From: Escherichia coli
GTDB lineage: Bacteria; Pseudomonadota; Gammaproteobacteria; Enterobacterales; Enterobacteriaceae
DNA length: 64,000 nt
Reading direction: 5' to 3' (one strand)
Assembly: GCF_009931435.1 (NCBI RefSeq)
Contig: NZ_CP043414.1
Shown: in pieces, positions 54,285 to 64,000 of the stretch
Numbering within the stretch: the first letter of the stretch is position 1
Layout: the number at the start of each line of letters is the position of its first letter
Made by a program: the position numbers and the translations under genes
The notes under the pieces: model-generated
Seen by the model: only the letters and a program-made list of their open reading frames with translations
Databases searched by the model: none
What the model was told of the DNA's origin: nothing

Positions 54285-55637
54285 TTACTGCCCGGCGATT
54301 TTCATCTCCGGCAACAGCACAGAACCACACTGTATATTGCTGCGTGTTTCAATATCGTTACCGACGGTGACAATATTGCGCCACATATCTTTTAAATTAC
54401 CTGCGATGGTGATTTCGCTAACCGGATACTGAATTTCGCCATTCTCTACCCAGAAGCCCGCAGCACCACGGGAATAATCACCGGTAATGGCACTCACGCC
54501 CTGGCCCATCAGCTCCGTCACCACCAGCCCGGTGCCCATCTCTTTGAGCATTTGTTCGAAGCTTAGCCCTTGCCCGGCAATCCGCCAGTTGTGAATACCG
54601 CCCGCATGTCCGGTGCTTTTCAGCCCCAGTTTCCGCGCCGAATAGCTGGTCAGCAGCCACTGAGTCAGGATACCATCTTTGACGATATCGCGGCGCTCGG
54701 TGCGCACACCTTCGCTGTCGAATGGTGTAGATGCCAGCCCTTTCAGCAAATGCGGATGCTCTTCAATGGTCAGCCAATCCGGCAGAATTTGTTTACCCAG
54801 CGAATCCAGCAGGAAGGTGGATTTACGGTAAACCGATCCACCCGCTATCGCCCCCACCAGATGCCCAAAAAGTCCGGTTGCCACTTCATTGGCAAAAATT
54901 ACCGGCGCTTTCATGGTGGAAAGTTTACGCGGTGACAGGCGCGATAAAGTACGACGAGCACAATCGGCCCCGACCCACTCTGGCGTCTGCAGATCGCTCA
55001 TCGCGCGACCAATGGTGTAGGCGTAATCACGCTCCATATCGCCATTTTCTTCGGCAATTACGCAGCTTGAGAGTGAATGACGCGTTGAGCAATAACCCTG
55101 CAACATGCCGTGGCTGTTGCCAAAAACTTTTACGCCGTAGTGGCTGTTAAAACTGCCACCTTCGGTATTGGTAATACGCTTGTCCGCCTGTAATGCTGCC
55201 TGTTCTGCGCGAGCCGCCAGTTCAATAGCTTCATCCGGGGAAACTTCCGCAGGGTGAAACAAGTCGAGATCCGGCGCGTCAAAGGCCAGCAGCTCTTTGT
55301 CTGCCACGCCGGCACAGGGATCTGGCGAGGTATAACGGGCAATATCCAGCGCTGCCTGTACGGTGCGGGCAATGGCCTGCGGACTTAAATCGGTAGACGA
55401 TGCGCTGCCTTTGCGGTTCTGGTGATAAACAGTGATCCCCAGCGCGCCATCGCTATTGAATTCGACATTCTCCACTTCGCCATATCGCGTGCTAACGCTA
55501 ATGCCGGTGGTCTTGCTGACGGCAACTTCCGCACCGTCCGATTTGCCTGAGGCCAACTCCAGCGCAGTGGAAACTGCTTCTTCCAGAATCTTGCGCTGCG
55601 CTTCAACTTGAGAGATTACTTTCATTGCAAGTGCCAT
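54285..55637 (-). CDS. pmbA: Metalloprotease PmbA/TldE
   Basis: 450 aa; synteny with yjgA divergent. Confidence 0.9.
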   Translation of the reverse strand: MALAMKVISQVEAQRKILEEAVSTALELASGKSDGAEVAVSKTTGISVSTRYGEVENVEFNSDGALGITVYHQNRKGSASSTDLSPQAIARTVQAALDIARYTSPDPCAGVADKELLAFDAPDLDLFHPAEVSPDEAIELAARAEQAALQADKRITNTEGGSFNSHYGVKVFGNSHGMLQGYCSTRHSLSSCVIAEENGDMERDYAYTIGRAMSDLQTPEWVGADCARRTLSRLSPRKLSTMKAPVIFANEVATGLFGHLVGAIAGGSVYRKSTFLLDSLGKQILPDWLTIEEHPHLLKGLASTPFDSEGVRTERRDIVKDGILTQWLLTSYSARKLGLKSTGHAGGIHNWRIAGQGLSFEQMLKEMGTGLVVTELMGQGVSAITGDYSRGAAGFWVENGEIQYPVSEITIAGNLKDMWRNIVTVGNDIETRSNIQCGSVLLPEMKIAGQ

Positions 55638-55730
55638 AATGTAGAGAGTTTCTCTGAAGTCTAACAGAGAACCGTTTTTCAGTGCGCATCTTAACTGGTA
55701 ACATTAGCCTCTTTTTTTAAGGAGCCTGAG

Positions 55731-56282
55731 ATGACTAAGCAGCCCGAAGACTGGCTCGACGACGTTCCCGGTGATGACATCGAAGACGAAGACGATGAAA
55801 TTATCTGGGTCAGTAAAAGTGAAATTAAACGTGATGCCGAGGAGCTAAAACGCCTTGGCGCAGAAATTGTTGATCTGGGGAAAAACGCACTGGATAAGAT
55901 CCCGTTAGACGCGGATCTGCGTGCGGCTATTGAGCTCGCCCAGCGTATTAAGATGGAAGGTCGCCGCCGCCAGTTGCAGCTCATCGGTAAGATGCTGCGC
56001 CAGCGCGACGTAGAACCGATCCGTCAGGCGCTGGATAAGCTGAAAAACCGCCACAACCAGCAAGTGGTGTTGTTCCATAAACTGGAAAACCTGCGCGATC
56101 GTCTGATCGAGCAAGGTGATGACGCCATCGCTGAAGTATTGAATCTGTGGCCCGATGCCGATCGTCAGCAACTGCGTACTCTGATCCGCAACGCGAAGAA
56201 AGAGAAAGAAGGGAATAAGCCGCCGAAATCCGCGCGCCAGATTTTCCAGTATCTGCGTGAGTTAGCGGAAAACGAAGGGTAA
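55731..56282 (+). CDS. yjgA: Ribosome-associated protein YjgA (DUF615)
   Basis: 183 aa highly charged protein; synteny. Confidence 0.85.
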   Translation: MTKQPEDWLDDVPGDDIEDEDDEIIWVSKSEIKRDAEELKRLGAEIVDLGKNALDKIPLDADLRAAIELAQRIKMEGRRRQLQLIGKMLRQRDVEPIRQALDKLKNRHNQQVVLFHKLENLRDRLIEQGDDAIAEVLNLWPDADRQQLRTLIRNAKKEKEGNKPPKSARQIFQYLRELAENEG

Positions 56283-56304
56283 TTTTCGTTGTTGATGTGA
56301 GTAT

Positions 56305-56420
56305 GGTTTGCCGGATGCGGTGCACCTGTAGGCCTGATAAGACGCATCAAGCGTCGCATCAGGCACTATGCTCAAATGCCGGATGCGGCGTGAACGCCTT
56401 ATCCGGCCTACACACACTAT
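56305..56420. repeat. REP/BIME cluster between yjgA and mpl
   Basis: Three REP-like units (gccggatgcggtgcacctgtaggcctgataagacgc..., gcgtcgcatcaggc, gccggatgcggcgtgaacgccttatccggcctaca). Confidence 0.6.
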
Positions 56421-56437
56421 ATCAGGCTGAGGCAGAA

Positions 56438-57811
56438 TTACTGCGCGGCTTCCGCTTTCTTCGCTAGCCCATCCAGCAGTTTCTGATGAATTCCACCAAA
56501 ACCGCCGTTGCTCATCACCAGAATATGGTCGCCAGGCTGAGCGGTTTTCACCACCATATCTGCCAGCGTATCAACATCGCCACTCCAGTGTGCAGGCTGA
56601 ACGCAGGCTTCTGCCACTTCTGCGACCTGCCACGGAATATGCGCCGGTTGCAGCAGGAAGACTTCATCGGCACGACCTAATGAAGGTGCCAAATCGTCTT
56701 TGCAGATCCCCATTTTCATGGTGTTTGAGCGCGGTTCCAGCACGGCAATAATGCGCGCCGTACCGCCAACTTTGCCGCGCAGCGCAGCCAGCGTTGCCAG
56801 AATCGCCGTCGGGTGATGGGCAAAATCGTCATACACCGTCACGCCATTTGCTTCTCCGCGCAACTCCAGACGACGACGAGCGTTAATAAACGAACCCAGC
56901 GCGTTAGCAGCATCTGCCGGCGCTACGCCAACATGACGGGCCGCCGCAATCGCCATCAGGCCGTTGTGCATATTATGTTCGCCCACCAGCGACCATTTCA
57001 CTTCGCCCACTTTTTCGCCATCCAGCAAGACTTCCCATTCGGAAGCGTCAGTGGTCAGCTTTTTCGCCTGCCAGTGCCCCTGCTCGCCCACCAGCTCCTG
57101 CTCGCTCCAGCAGCCCATCGCCATGGTTTGTTTCAGGTTGATGTCGTTTTCCGGCCAGATAATACGCCCCTGCCCCGGAACGATACGCACCAGATGGTGG
57201 AACTGTTTCTGGATCGCTTTCAGGTCGTCAAAGATATCGGCATGATCGAACTCAAGGTTGTTGAGGATCAGCGTACGCGGGCAGTAATGGACAAATTTAG
57301 AGCGTTTGTCGAAGAAGGCGCAGTCATACTCATCCGCTTCGATAACAAAGAAGTCGCTTTCGCCTAAACGTGCCGAAACGTCAAAGTTCCCCGGAACACC
57401 GCCGATCACAAAACCCGGTTTATAGCCACACTGTTCCAGAATCCAGGTCGCCATTCCCGCCGTGGTGGTTTTGCCGTGTGTACCGGCAACGGCCAACACC
57501 CAGCGGTCACGCAGCACAAAATCGTGCAGCCACTGCGGGCCAGACATATAAGGGATGTTTTTTTCCAGTACCGCTTCCACACACGGATTTCCACGGGTCA
57601 TGGCGTTGCCAATGATCACCAGATCCGGCTGCGGGTCGAGCTGGCTGGCATCGTAACCCTGAATCAGTTCAATGCCTTGCTTCTCAAGTAAGGTGCTCAT
57701 CGGCGGATACACATTGGCGTCCGAACCCGTTACTTCATGGCCTAACTGGCGCGCCAGCATCGCCAGACCGCCCATAAACGTGCCACAAATTCCTAAAATA
57801 TGAATGCGCAT
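56438..57811 (-). CDS. mpl: UDP-N-acetylmuramate:L-alanyl-gamma-D-glutamyl-meso-diaminopimelate ligase
   Basis: Mur-ligase motifs (GTHGKTTT); 457 aa. Confidence 0.9.
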   Translation of the reverse strand: MRIHILGICGTFMGGLAMLARQLGHEVTGSDANVYPPMSTLLEKQGIELIQGYDASQLDPQPDLVIIGNAMTRGNPCVEAVLEKNIPYMSGPQWLHDFVLRDRWVLAVAGTHGKTTTAGMATWILEQCGYKPGFVIGGVPGNFDVSARLGESDFFVIEADEYDCAFFDKRSKFVHYCPRTLILNNLEFDHADIFDDLKAIQKQFHHLVRIVPGQGRIIWPENDINLKQTMAMGCWSEQELVGEQGHWQAKKLTTDASEWEVLLDGEKVGEVKWSLVGEHNMHNGLMAIAAARHVGVAPADAANALGSFINARRRLELRGEANGVTVYDDFAHHPTAILATLAALRGKVGGTARIIAVLEPRSNTMKMGICKDDLAPSLGRADEVFLLQPAHIPWQVAEVAEACVQPAHWSGDVDTLADMVVKTAQPGDHILVMSNGGFGGIHQKLLDGLAKKAEAAQ

Positions 57812-57986
57812 ACGTCACTATCCTTTTTTAATCTGGCGCTCATTTTACGCATATGTCGGGCAAGTGAGAAACGCATTTCAGGATAATCCGTAATTTGCTG
57901 GCGCGATTCACCTGAGCGCAACATTGAGATTATTTGTTAAGATTGTTGCGGTCGCTTTACTCCATAAACATTGCAGGGAAAGTTTT

Positions 57987-58985
57987 ATGAAAACGTTAGG
58001 TGAATTTATTGTCGAAAAGCAGCACGAGTTTTCTCATGCTACCGGTGAGCTCACTGCTTTGCTGTCGGCAATAAAACTGGGCGCCAAGATTATCCATCGC
58101 GATATCAACAAAGCAGGACTGGTTGATATCCTGGGTGCCAGCGGTGCTGAGAACGTGCAGGGCGAGGTTCAGCAGAAACTCGACTTGTTCGCTAATGAAA
58201 AACTGAAAGCCGCACTGAAAGCACGCGATATCGTTGCGGGCATTGCCTCTGAAGAAGAAGATGAGATTGTCGTCTTTGAAGGCTGTGAACACGCAAAATA
58301 CGTGGTGCTGATGGACCCACTGGATGGCTCGTCCAACATCGATGTTAACGTCTCTGTCGGTACCATTTTCTCCATCTACCGCCGCGTTACGCCTGTTGGC
58401 ACGCCGGTAACGGAAGAAGATTTCCTCCAGCCTGGTAACAAACAGGTTGCGGCAGGTTACGTGGTATACGGCTCCTCTACCATGCTGGTTTACACCACCG
58501 GATGCGGTGTTCATGCCTTTACTTACGATCCTTCGCTTGGCGTTTTCTGCCTGTGCCAGGAACGGATGCGCTTCCCGGAGAAAGGCAAAACCTACTCCAT
58601 CAACGAAGGAAACTACATTAAGTTTCCGAACGGGGTGAAGAAGTACATTAAATTCTGCCAGGAAGAAGATAAGTCTACCAACCGCCCGTATACCTCACGT
58701 TATATCGGTTCACTGGTCGCGGATTTCCACCGTAACCTGCTGAAAGGTGGGATTTATCTCTACCCAAGCACCGCCAGCCACCCGGACGGCAAACTGCGTT
58801 TGCTGTATGAGTGCAACCCGATGGCGTTCCTCGCGGAACAAGCGGGCGGTAAAGCGAGCGATGGCAAAGAGCGTATTCTGGATATCATCCCGGAAACCCT
58901 GCACCAGCGTCGTTCGTTCTTTGTCGGCAATGACCATATGGTTGAAGATGTCGAACGCTTTATCCGTGAGTTCCCGGACGCGTAA
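57987..58985 (+). CDS. fbp: Fructose-1,6-bisphosphatase class I
   Basis: Starts [15 protein letters not shown]; 332 aa. Confidence 0.9.
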
Positions 58986-59017
58986 TCTCCTGCGCCTCTC
59001 CATACGGAGAGGCGTTT

Positions 59018-60013
59018 TTATCGCTGCGCAATATTGACTCTTGTCACTGGCGAACTCTGGCGATTCTCCCACAGCACCGTTAATCCACGCTGTAAGGCAA
59101 TAAAAATGAACAGCAAAATGCCGATGGCGATTTTCGTCCACCAGGAACTCAGCGTACCGTCAAAGTTGATATATGTCTGAATCAGTCCCTGAATCGCCAC
59201 GCCAAAAAGCGTCCCAAGTACTGTTCCAACGCCACCGCTCAAAAGTGTACCGCCAATCACCACTGAGGCGATAGCGTCCAGTTCCACACCTACGCCCGCC
59301 AGCGCATATCCGGCTTGGGTATAAATCGAGAAAACAATCCCCGCCAGTGTTGCCAGCCCGGTGGAGAGCATATAAATGCGAATAGTGGTGCTGCGAGTGG
59401 AAATGCCCATCAGGTTCGCCGACGTCGCGTTGCCACCAATGGCGTATACCTGATTACCAAAACGGGTACGATGCGCGAGGAATATGCCGATAACTACCAC
59501 CGCCAGCATCAGTAGCCCCATCGCACTTAAGCGACCGCCACCAGGGATTTTCCATGCAAGGCTTGAGAGCGTGTCATAAACAGGATGGTTTATCGGGATC
59601 GATTCTTCCGAAACGAGATAGCTGACGCCGCGCAAAAAGAACATTCCTGCCAGGGTAATGATAAACGCCGGGATCTTCAGGGCGTCGATCAAAAGCCCCA
59701 TAAATGCGCCGAAGGCACAGCCCATCACCAGCACCAGTGGAAACGCCAGCAGCGGCGAGAGGCCGAAATCGCCAATCACCTTTGCCAGAAACACCCCAGT
59801 AAAGGCGATCACCGAACCGACGGAGAGATCGATCCCTCCGGAGAGGATCACAAAGGTCATGCCGACGGCAATAATCCCCAGAAAGGCGTTATCGGTCAGG
59901 ATATTGCAGATCACTCTTGTGGAAGCAAAACCGGGGAACTGCGTCAGGCAGTAGAGATAGCCCAACACAAAGACGCCGATGGTGATCATCAGTGGCAAGT
60001 TACGTTTTATCAC
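59018..60013 (-). CDS. yjfF: Galactofuranose ABC transporter permease
   Basis: 331-aa ABC permease; overlaps ytfT by 14 nt. Confidence 0.85.
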   Translation of the reverse strand: MIKRNLPLMITIGVFVLGYLYCLTQFPGFASTRVICNILTDNAFLGIIAVGMTFVILSGGIDLSVGSVIAFTGVFLAKVIGDFGLSPLLAFPLVLVMGCAFGAFMGLLIDALKIPAFIITLAGMFFLRGVSYLVSEESIPINHPVYDTLSSLAWKIPGGGRLSAMGLLMLAVVVIGIFLAHRTRFGNQVYAIGGNATSANLMGISTRSTTIRIYMLSTGLATLAGIVFSIYTQAGYALAGVGVELDAIASVVIGGTLLSGGVGTVLGTLFGVAIQGLIQTYINFDGTLSSWWTKIAIGILLFIFIALQRGLTVLWENRQSSPVTRVNIAQR

Positions 60014-61022
60014 GGCTACGCACTCCTTTAATCAGACTGATAAAGCGTTGCGACTGAACAATCAGCACGCAAAGCACCACCACCGCTTTCACCACCTGGT
60101 TCATCTCCGGCGGAAAGCCAGAAAGCAAGATCCCGGTGTTCATCCCCTGAATAATCAGCGCCCCTACCACTGAGAGCAGCAGGTTAAAGCGCCCGCCCAT
60201 CAGCGATCCACCGCCAATCACCACCGCAAGAATGGCGTCCAGTTCCAGCCATAACCCGGCGTTATTGGCATCGGCACCGCGAATATCCGCCGCCACGATA
60301 ATGCCCGCAATCGCCGCACATAGCCCGCTCAACACGTAGGTGAGCATGACGATGATCCGCGTGTTGACTCCGGCATTTTTTGCCGCCCGAATGTTGATAC
60401 CAACAGCTTCGATAAACATCCCCAGTGCCGTTTTGCGGGTCAACAGCCAGAACAGAAGAAGCGTCAGCACCGCAATAATGACTGGCGTTGGCAGGAACAA
60501 CAGCGATCCGCTGCCAAACCATGAGAGATCCGGCGAGTTAAACGTGACGATCTGCCCGGAGGTGATCAGTTGCGCCACGCCGCGCCCGGCGACCATCAGG
60601 ATCAGGGTGGCGACAAACGGCTGAATTTTGAGGATCGCTACCAGTATGCCGTTCCACAATCCCGCCAGGATGCCGGTGCCCAGGGCGCTTAACAAAACAA
60701 TCGGCAGGCTGAATCCCGCGACCGTCATCGCAGCCGTTGTGGCTCCGGCGATAGCCATCACCGCCCCTACGGAGAGATCGATACCACCGGTGGCGATAAC
60801 CAGCGTCATGCCAATCGCCAGTAGCGCAACCGGGGCGGCGCGATTAAGAATGTCGATGGGGCTACCGAACAAACGCCCATCCTGAAGCACCACCTGCCAG
60901 AAATGCGGGGCCACCAGGCTATCGACCAGCAGCACCAGCAATAGCGCCGCCAGCTGCGGCATTCCCGTTGGCCAGCGAAAGCGCCTTTTCGACGGCGTAG
61001 TGTCCGGGAGAGATTGAGGCAT
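60000..61022 (-). CDS. ytfT: Galactofuranose ABC transporter permease
   Basis: ABC permease; start placed at MPQSLPDTTPSKRR. Confidence 0.85.
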   Translation of the reverse strand: MPQSLPDTTPSKRRFRWPTGMPQLAALLLVLLVDSLVAPHFWQVVLQDGRLFGSPIDILNRAAPVALLAIGMTLVIATGGIDLSVGAVMAIAGATTAAMTVAGFSLPIVLLSALGTGILAGLWNGILVAILKIQPFVATLILMVAGRGVAQLITSGQIVTFNSPDLSWFGSGSLLFLPTPVIIAVLTLLLFWLLTRKTALGMFIEAVGINIRAAKNAGVNTRIIVMLTYVLSGLCAAIAGIIVAADIRGADANNAGLWLELDAILAVVIGGGSLMGGRFNLLLSVVGALIIQGMNTGILLSGFPPEMNQVVKAVVVLCVLIVQSQRFISLIKGVRSRDKT

Positions 61023-61035
61023 CACACAGTTCTCC

Positions 61036-62538
61036 TTACGCCGCAATGGCGTTCATGATCGCCGGAACGGAAAGCTCTGCCAGCGGGATCTCCGCAACCT
61101 GTTTGCGATCGCGCATGATAATCACCCGGTCGGCATAGCCCACCAGCTCTTCCAGTTCGGAGGAGATCACCAGCAGCGCCAGACCATCGGCGCATAGCGT
61201 TTCAATCAGGCGGATGATCTCAGCGTGGGCACCAACATCAATGCCGCGCGTTGGCTCGTCGAGGATCAGAAATTGTGGACGAGTCAGCAGCCAGCGAGAG
61301 AGCAGCACTTTTTGCTGATTGCCACCGGAGAGAAACTCAATCGGCTGTTCGGTGGAAGGTGTGCGAATGCCAAGCTGGCGGATAAAGCGTTCGGCAATCT
61401 CTTGCTGTTCTTTGCGCGAAATCGGCCGTAACCAGCCGCGCTGGGCCTGGAGAGCGAGGATGATATTTTCCCGCACCGAGGCGGCGGCGATGATGCCATC
61501 GGTTTTCCTGTCTTCCGGGCAGAAGCCGATACCCAGTACCGAAGCCTGATGTGGCGATCGCAGGATTTGCTGTTTGCCTTTGATCAACGCCGTGCCGCTG
61601 TCAGCAGGTTTGATCCCGAAGATCACTTCGGCGGTTTCGGTACGTCCTGATCCCAGCAAGCCTGCCAGGCCAACGATCTCGCCGGGGCGTACTTCGAGAT
61701 CAAACGGTGCGATCGTTCCTTTTTTGCCGTAATTTTTGAACGCGGCAACGGGTTTGTCGCTTAACAATGTTCGCCCGGCACGCTGTAGCGTGTGGGTGTC
61801 CAGCTCGCGCCCCAGCATCATTTTTACCAGTTCGATCTGCGGTAGCTCGCGGGTTTCCCGACAGCCTACGAAACTGCCGTTGCGTAAGACGGTGATCCGA
61901 TCGCTGACCTGATAGACCTGATCGAGAAAGTGAGTAACGAAGATCAGGCTGACGCCGCGATCGCGCAACTGACGCATCAGGCCAAACAGTAACTCTACTT
62001 CCTGAGTATCGAGGCTGGCGGTGGGTTCATCGAGGATCAGCACTTTGGCGGAGAGATCGATGGCCCGGCAAATGGCGACGATTTGCTGCATCGCGACTGA
62101 AAAGCGGTTGAGCGGTTCCCGCACGTCGAGGGAGAAACCGTAAGATGCCATCAGTTCGGTGGCGCGCTTTTCCATCTCTTTACGGCGTAGAAGGCCGAAA
62201 CGTTTGGGTTCGCGACCTATGAATAGATTATCAGCGACCGACATATTGGGTAGCAGGTTGACTTCCTGATAGACGGTGCCGATGCCGAGTTGTTGTGCGT
62301 GGGCGGTATTTTTCGGTGAGATAGTCTGGCCTTCCAGCCAGATGGTGCCACGATCGGCGTGGTAGACACCGGTTAATGCTTTGATTAGCGTTGATTTTCC
62401 CGCCCCGTTTTCACCGAGCAGCGCCATGATTTCACCACGGCGCAGGCTGAAATCAACGTTGTCTAACGCTTTGACGCCGGGGAAAAATTTACTTAATCCT
62501 TCGGTGCGGAGGATTTCCTGGTGTTGGTTAGTATTCAT
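61036..62538 (-). CDS. ytfR: Galactofuranose ABC transporter ATP-binding protein (tandem ABC domains)
   Basis: Two Walker A motifs (GENGAGKST, GLLGSGRTE) and LSGG signatures. Confidence 0.9.
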   Translation of the reverse strand: MNTNQHQEILRTEGLSKFFPGVKALDNVDFSLRRGEIMALLGENGAGKSTLIKALTGVYHADRGTIWLEGQTISPKNTAHAQQLGIGTVYQEVNLLPNMSVADNLFIGREPKRFGLLRRKEMEKRATELMASYGFSLDVREPLNRFSVAMQQIVAICRAIDLSAKVLILDEPTASLDTQEVELLFGLMRQLRDRGVSLIFVTHFLDQVYQVSDRITVLRNGSFVGCRETRELPQIELVKMMLGRELDTHTLQRAGRTLLSDKPVAAFKNYGKKGTIAPFDLEVRPGEIVGLAGLLGSGRTETAEVIFGIKPADSGTALIKGKQQILRSPHQASVLGIGFCPEDRKTDGIIAAASVRENIILALQAQRGWLRPISRKEQQEIAERFIRQLGIRTPSTEQPIEFLSGGNQQKVLLSRWLLTRPQFLILDEPTRGIDVGAHAEIIRLIETLCADGLALLVISSELEELVGYADRVIIMRDRKQVAEIPLAELSVPAIMNAIAA

Positions 62539-62557
62539 AGTTTCCCCCGTTGTAAAG

Positions 62558-62670
62558 CGTGCGCCAGATAAGACACAACAGCGTCGCATCAGGCATCTCG
62601 CACAACCGCCGGATGCGGCGTGAATGCCTTATCCGGCGGCCCACAAGTCGGCATCAGGCATTGATGCCCC
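62558..62670. repeat. REP/BIME cluster between ytfR and ytfQ
   Basis: gcgtcgcatcaggc and gccggatgcggcgtgaatgccttatccggc units. Confidence 0.6.
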
Positions 62671-63627
62671 TCAATACCCCATGTTTTTCTTCTTCTCTAA
62701 CTCTTCTTTTGCAGTATCAGGCAGGTAAAGGGTGGACTTGGTCAGGGTCAGCTTTTCAGGCATGGTGCCGTCTTTTTTATATTTCTCCAGCGCATCAAAA
62801 GCGGGGCCTGCCATGTTCGGCGTCAGTTCAACGCTGGCGTTCGCTTCGCCATCAATCATCGCTTTGTAGATGTCCGGCACGCCGTCGATAGAGCCTGTCA
62901 GGATATCTTTGCCCGGTTTCAGGCCCGCTTCTTTAATTGCCTGAATTGCACCAATCACCATGTCATCGTTATGGGCGTAAACCATGCAGATGTTTTTGCC
63001 GTTGTTTTCCGCTTTGATAAAGCTCTCCATCACTTCTTTGCCTTTACTACGGGTAAAGTCACCTGACTGCGAGCGGATAATTTTGATATTTGGCGCATTC
63101 TTAATGGCTTCGGCAAAGCCTTTCTTACGGTCAATGGCGACACTGGCCCCAACGGTGCCCTGCAGCTCCACCACGTTACACGGTTTGCCATTCACTTCTT
63201 TTACCAGCCAGTCACCGATCAACTTGCCTTCCAGAATGTTGTCGGCAGTGACGGTGGTCATATAGAGAGATTTGTCTTTCACATCGATGGAACGGTCAAG
63301 CAAGAAGACCGGGATTTCGGCATCTTTCGCCTCTTTTAATACCGGCTCCCAACCGGTCGCTACCACCGGAGCGATAAAGATCGCATCCACCCCTTGCGCG
63401 ACGAAGGAACGTACCGCTTTAATCTGGTTTTCCTGCTTTTGCTGACCATCGGCAATTTTCAACGTAATTCCGCGCTTTTCGGCTTCACTTTTCGCCACAT
63501 TGGTTTCTGCGGCGCGCCAGCCGGATTCCGATCCGACCTGCGAAAATCCAACGGTTAATGGAGCAGCCAACGCCATAGACGACATGGCTGCCGAGACTGC
63601 AGAGACTACAAGTAAGCGTTTCCACAT
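62671..63627 (-). CDS. ytfQ: Galactofuranose-binding periplasmic protein
   Basis: 318 aa with signal peptide; periplasmic sugar-binding fold family by similarity to K-12 YtfQ. Confidence 0.9.
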   Translation of the reverse strand: MWKRLLVVSAVSAAMSSMALAAPLTVGFSQVGSESGWRAAETNVAKSEAEKRGITLKIADGQQKQENQIKAVRSFVAQGVDAIFIAPVVATGWEPVLKEAKDAEIPVFLLDRSIDVKDKSLYMTTVTADNILEGKLIGDWLVKEVNGKPCNVVELQGTVGASVAIDRKKGFAEAIKNAPNIKIIRSQSGDFTRSKGKEVMESFIKAENNGKNICMVYAHNDDMVIGAIQAIKEAGLKPGKDILTGSIDGVPDIYKAMIDGEANASVELTPNMAGPAFDALEKYKKDGTMPEKLTLTKSTLYLPDTAKEELEKKKNMGY

Positions 63628-63937
63628 AGGGTTGTCCTCGTCGGGGTAATTATTATTGGTGAAAAGATGTTCGCGAAAAAACTATAGACAATTCGTTATG
63701 TAACGGATTGCGTTACATCACACTTCAAAAAAGTAAATAAAACGTTAATCACAAGTTTGTAATCGCTTTCATCTCACTATGAAAAATGCGGCTACGGTTA
63801 TGGATTTTCCTGCTCTGTAAACCTTCTTAAAACTGGCGAAAAAGGAAAATGAAGACGAAAACAAGCGAAGACATTCGGCGCGAGTTGGCTATAATACTCG
63901 GCACTTGTTTGCCACATATTTTTAAAGGAAACAGACA

Positions 63938-64000
63938 TGAGCTTACTCAACGTCCCTGCGGGTAAAGATCTGCCGGAAGACATCTACGTTGTTATTGAGA
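63938..64000 (+). CDS. ppa: Inorganic pyrophosphatase, 5' end only (runs off window)
   Basis: Begins MSLLNVPAGKDLPEDIYVVIE. Confidence 0.85.

Overview
The window is an Escherichia coli-type chromosomal segment. From about 16.4 kb to the end it follows the conserved K-12 leuX-to-ppa backbone: tRNA-Leu leuX, ahr, idnK-idnDOTR, yjgR, lptGF, pepA, holC, valS, yjgN, yjgM, rraB, argI, yjgL, tabA, bdcRA, yjgH, pyrL-pyrBI, ridA, mgtL-mgtA, treR-treBC, nrdDG, cybC, pmbA, yjgA, mpl, fbp, yjfF-ytfTRQ and the start of ppa. The first ~16.4 kb, lying at the 3' end of leuX, is a visibly AT-rich accessory island with no integrase in view, and it reads as a stacked defence island. It carries (i) a translationally coupled operon of a 1119-aa protein with no recognisable motifs followed by a DEAH helicase of at least 1181 aa whose core is split by a large Cys-rich insert (best guess Druantia type III-like DruH/DruE, but unverified); (ii) a Zorya type II-like operon (MotA-like ZorA, MotB-like ZorB, HNH ZorE); (iii) a frameshifted nanM fragment and a Lon-like C-terminal gene remnant; (iv) a divergent pair of HNH nucleases with unrecognised N-terminal domains; and (v) an orphan, very AT-rich 682-aa ORF of unknown function. 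The candidates most likely to be undescribed are the HNH pair and the 682-aa ORF, together with the exact identity of the helicase operon. All calls are from reading the sequence and ORF track by eye; no database search was run, and gene names in the backbone are assigned by recalled K-12 synteny and protein sequence.
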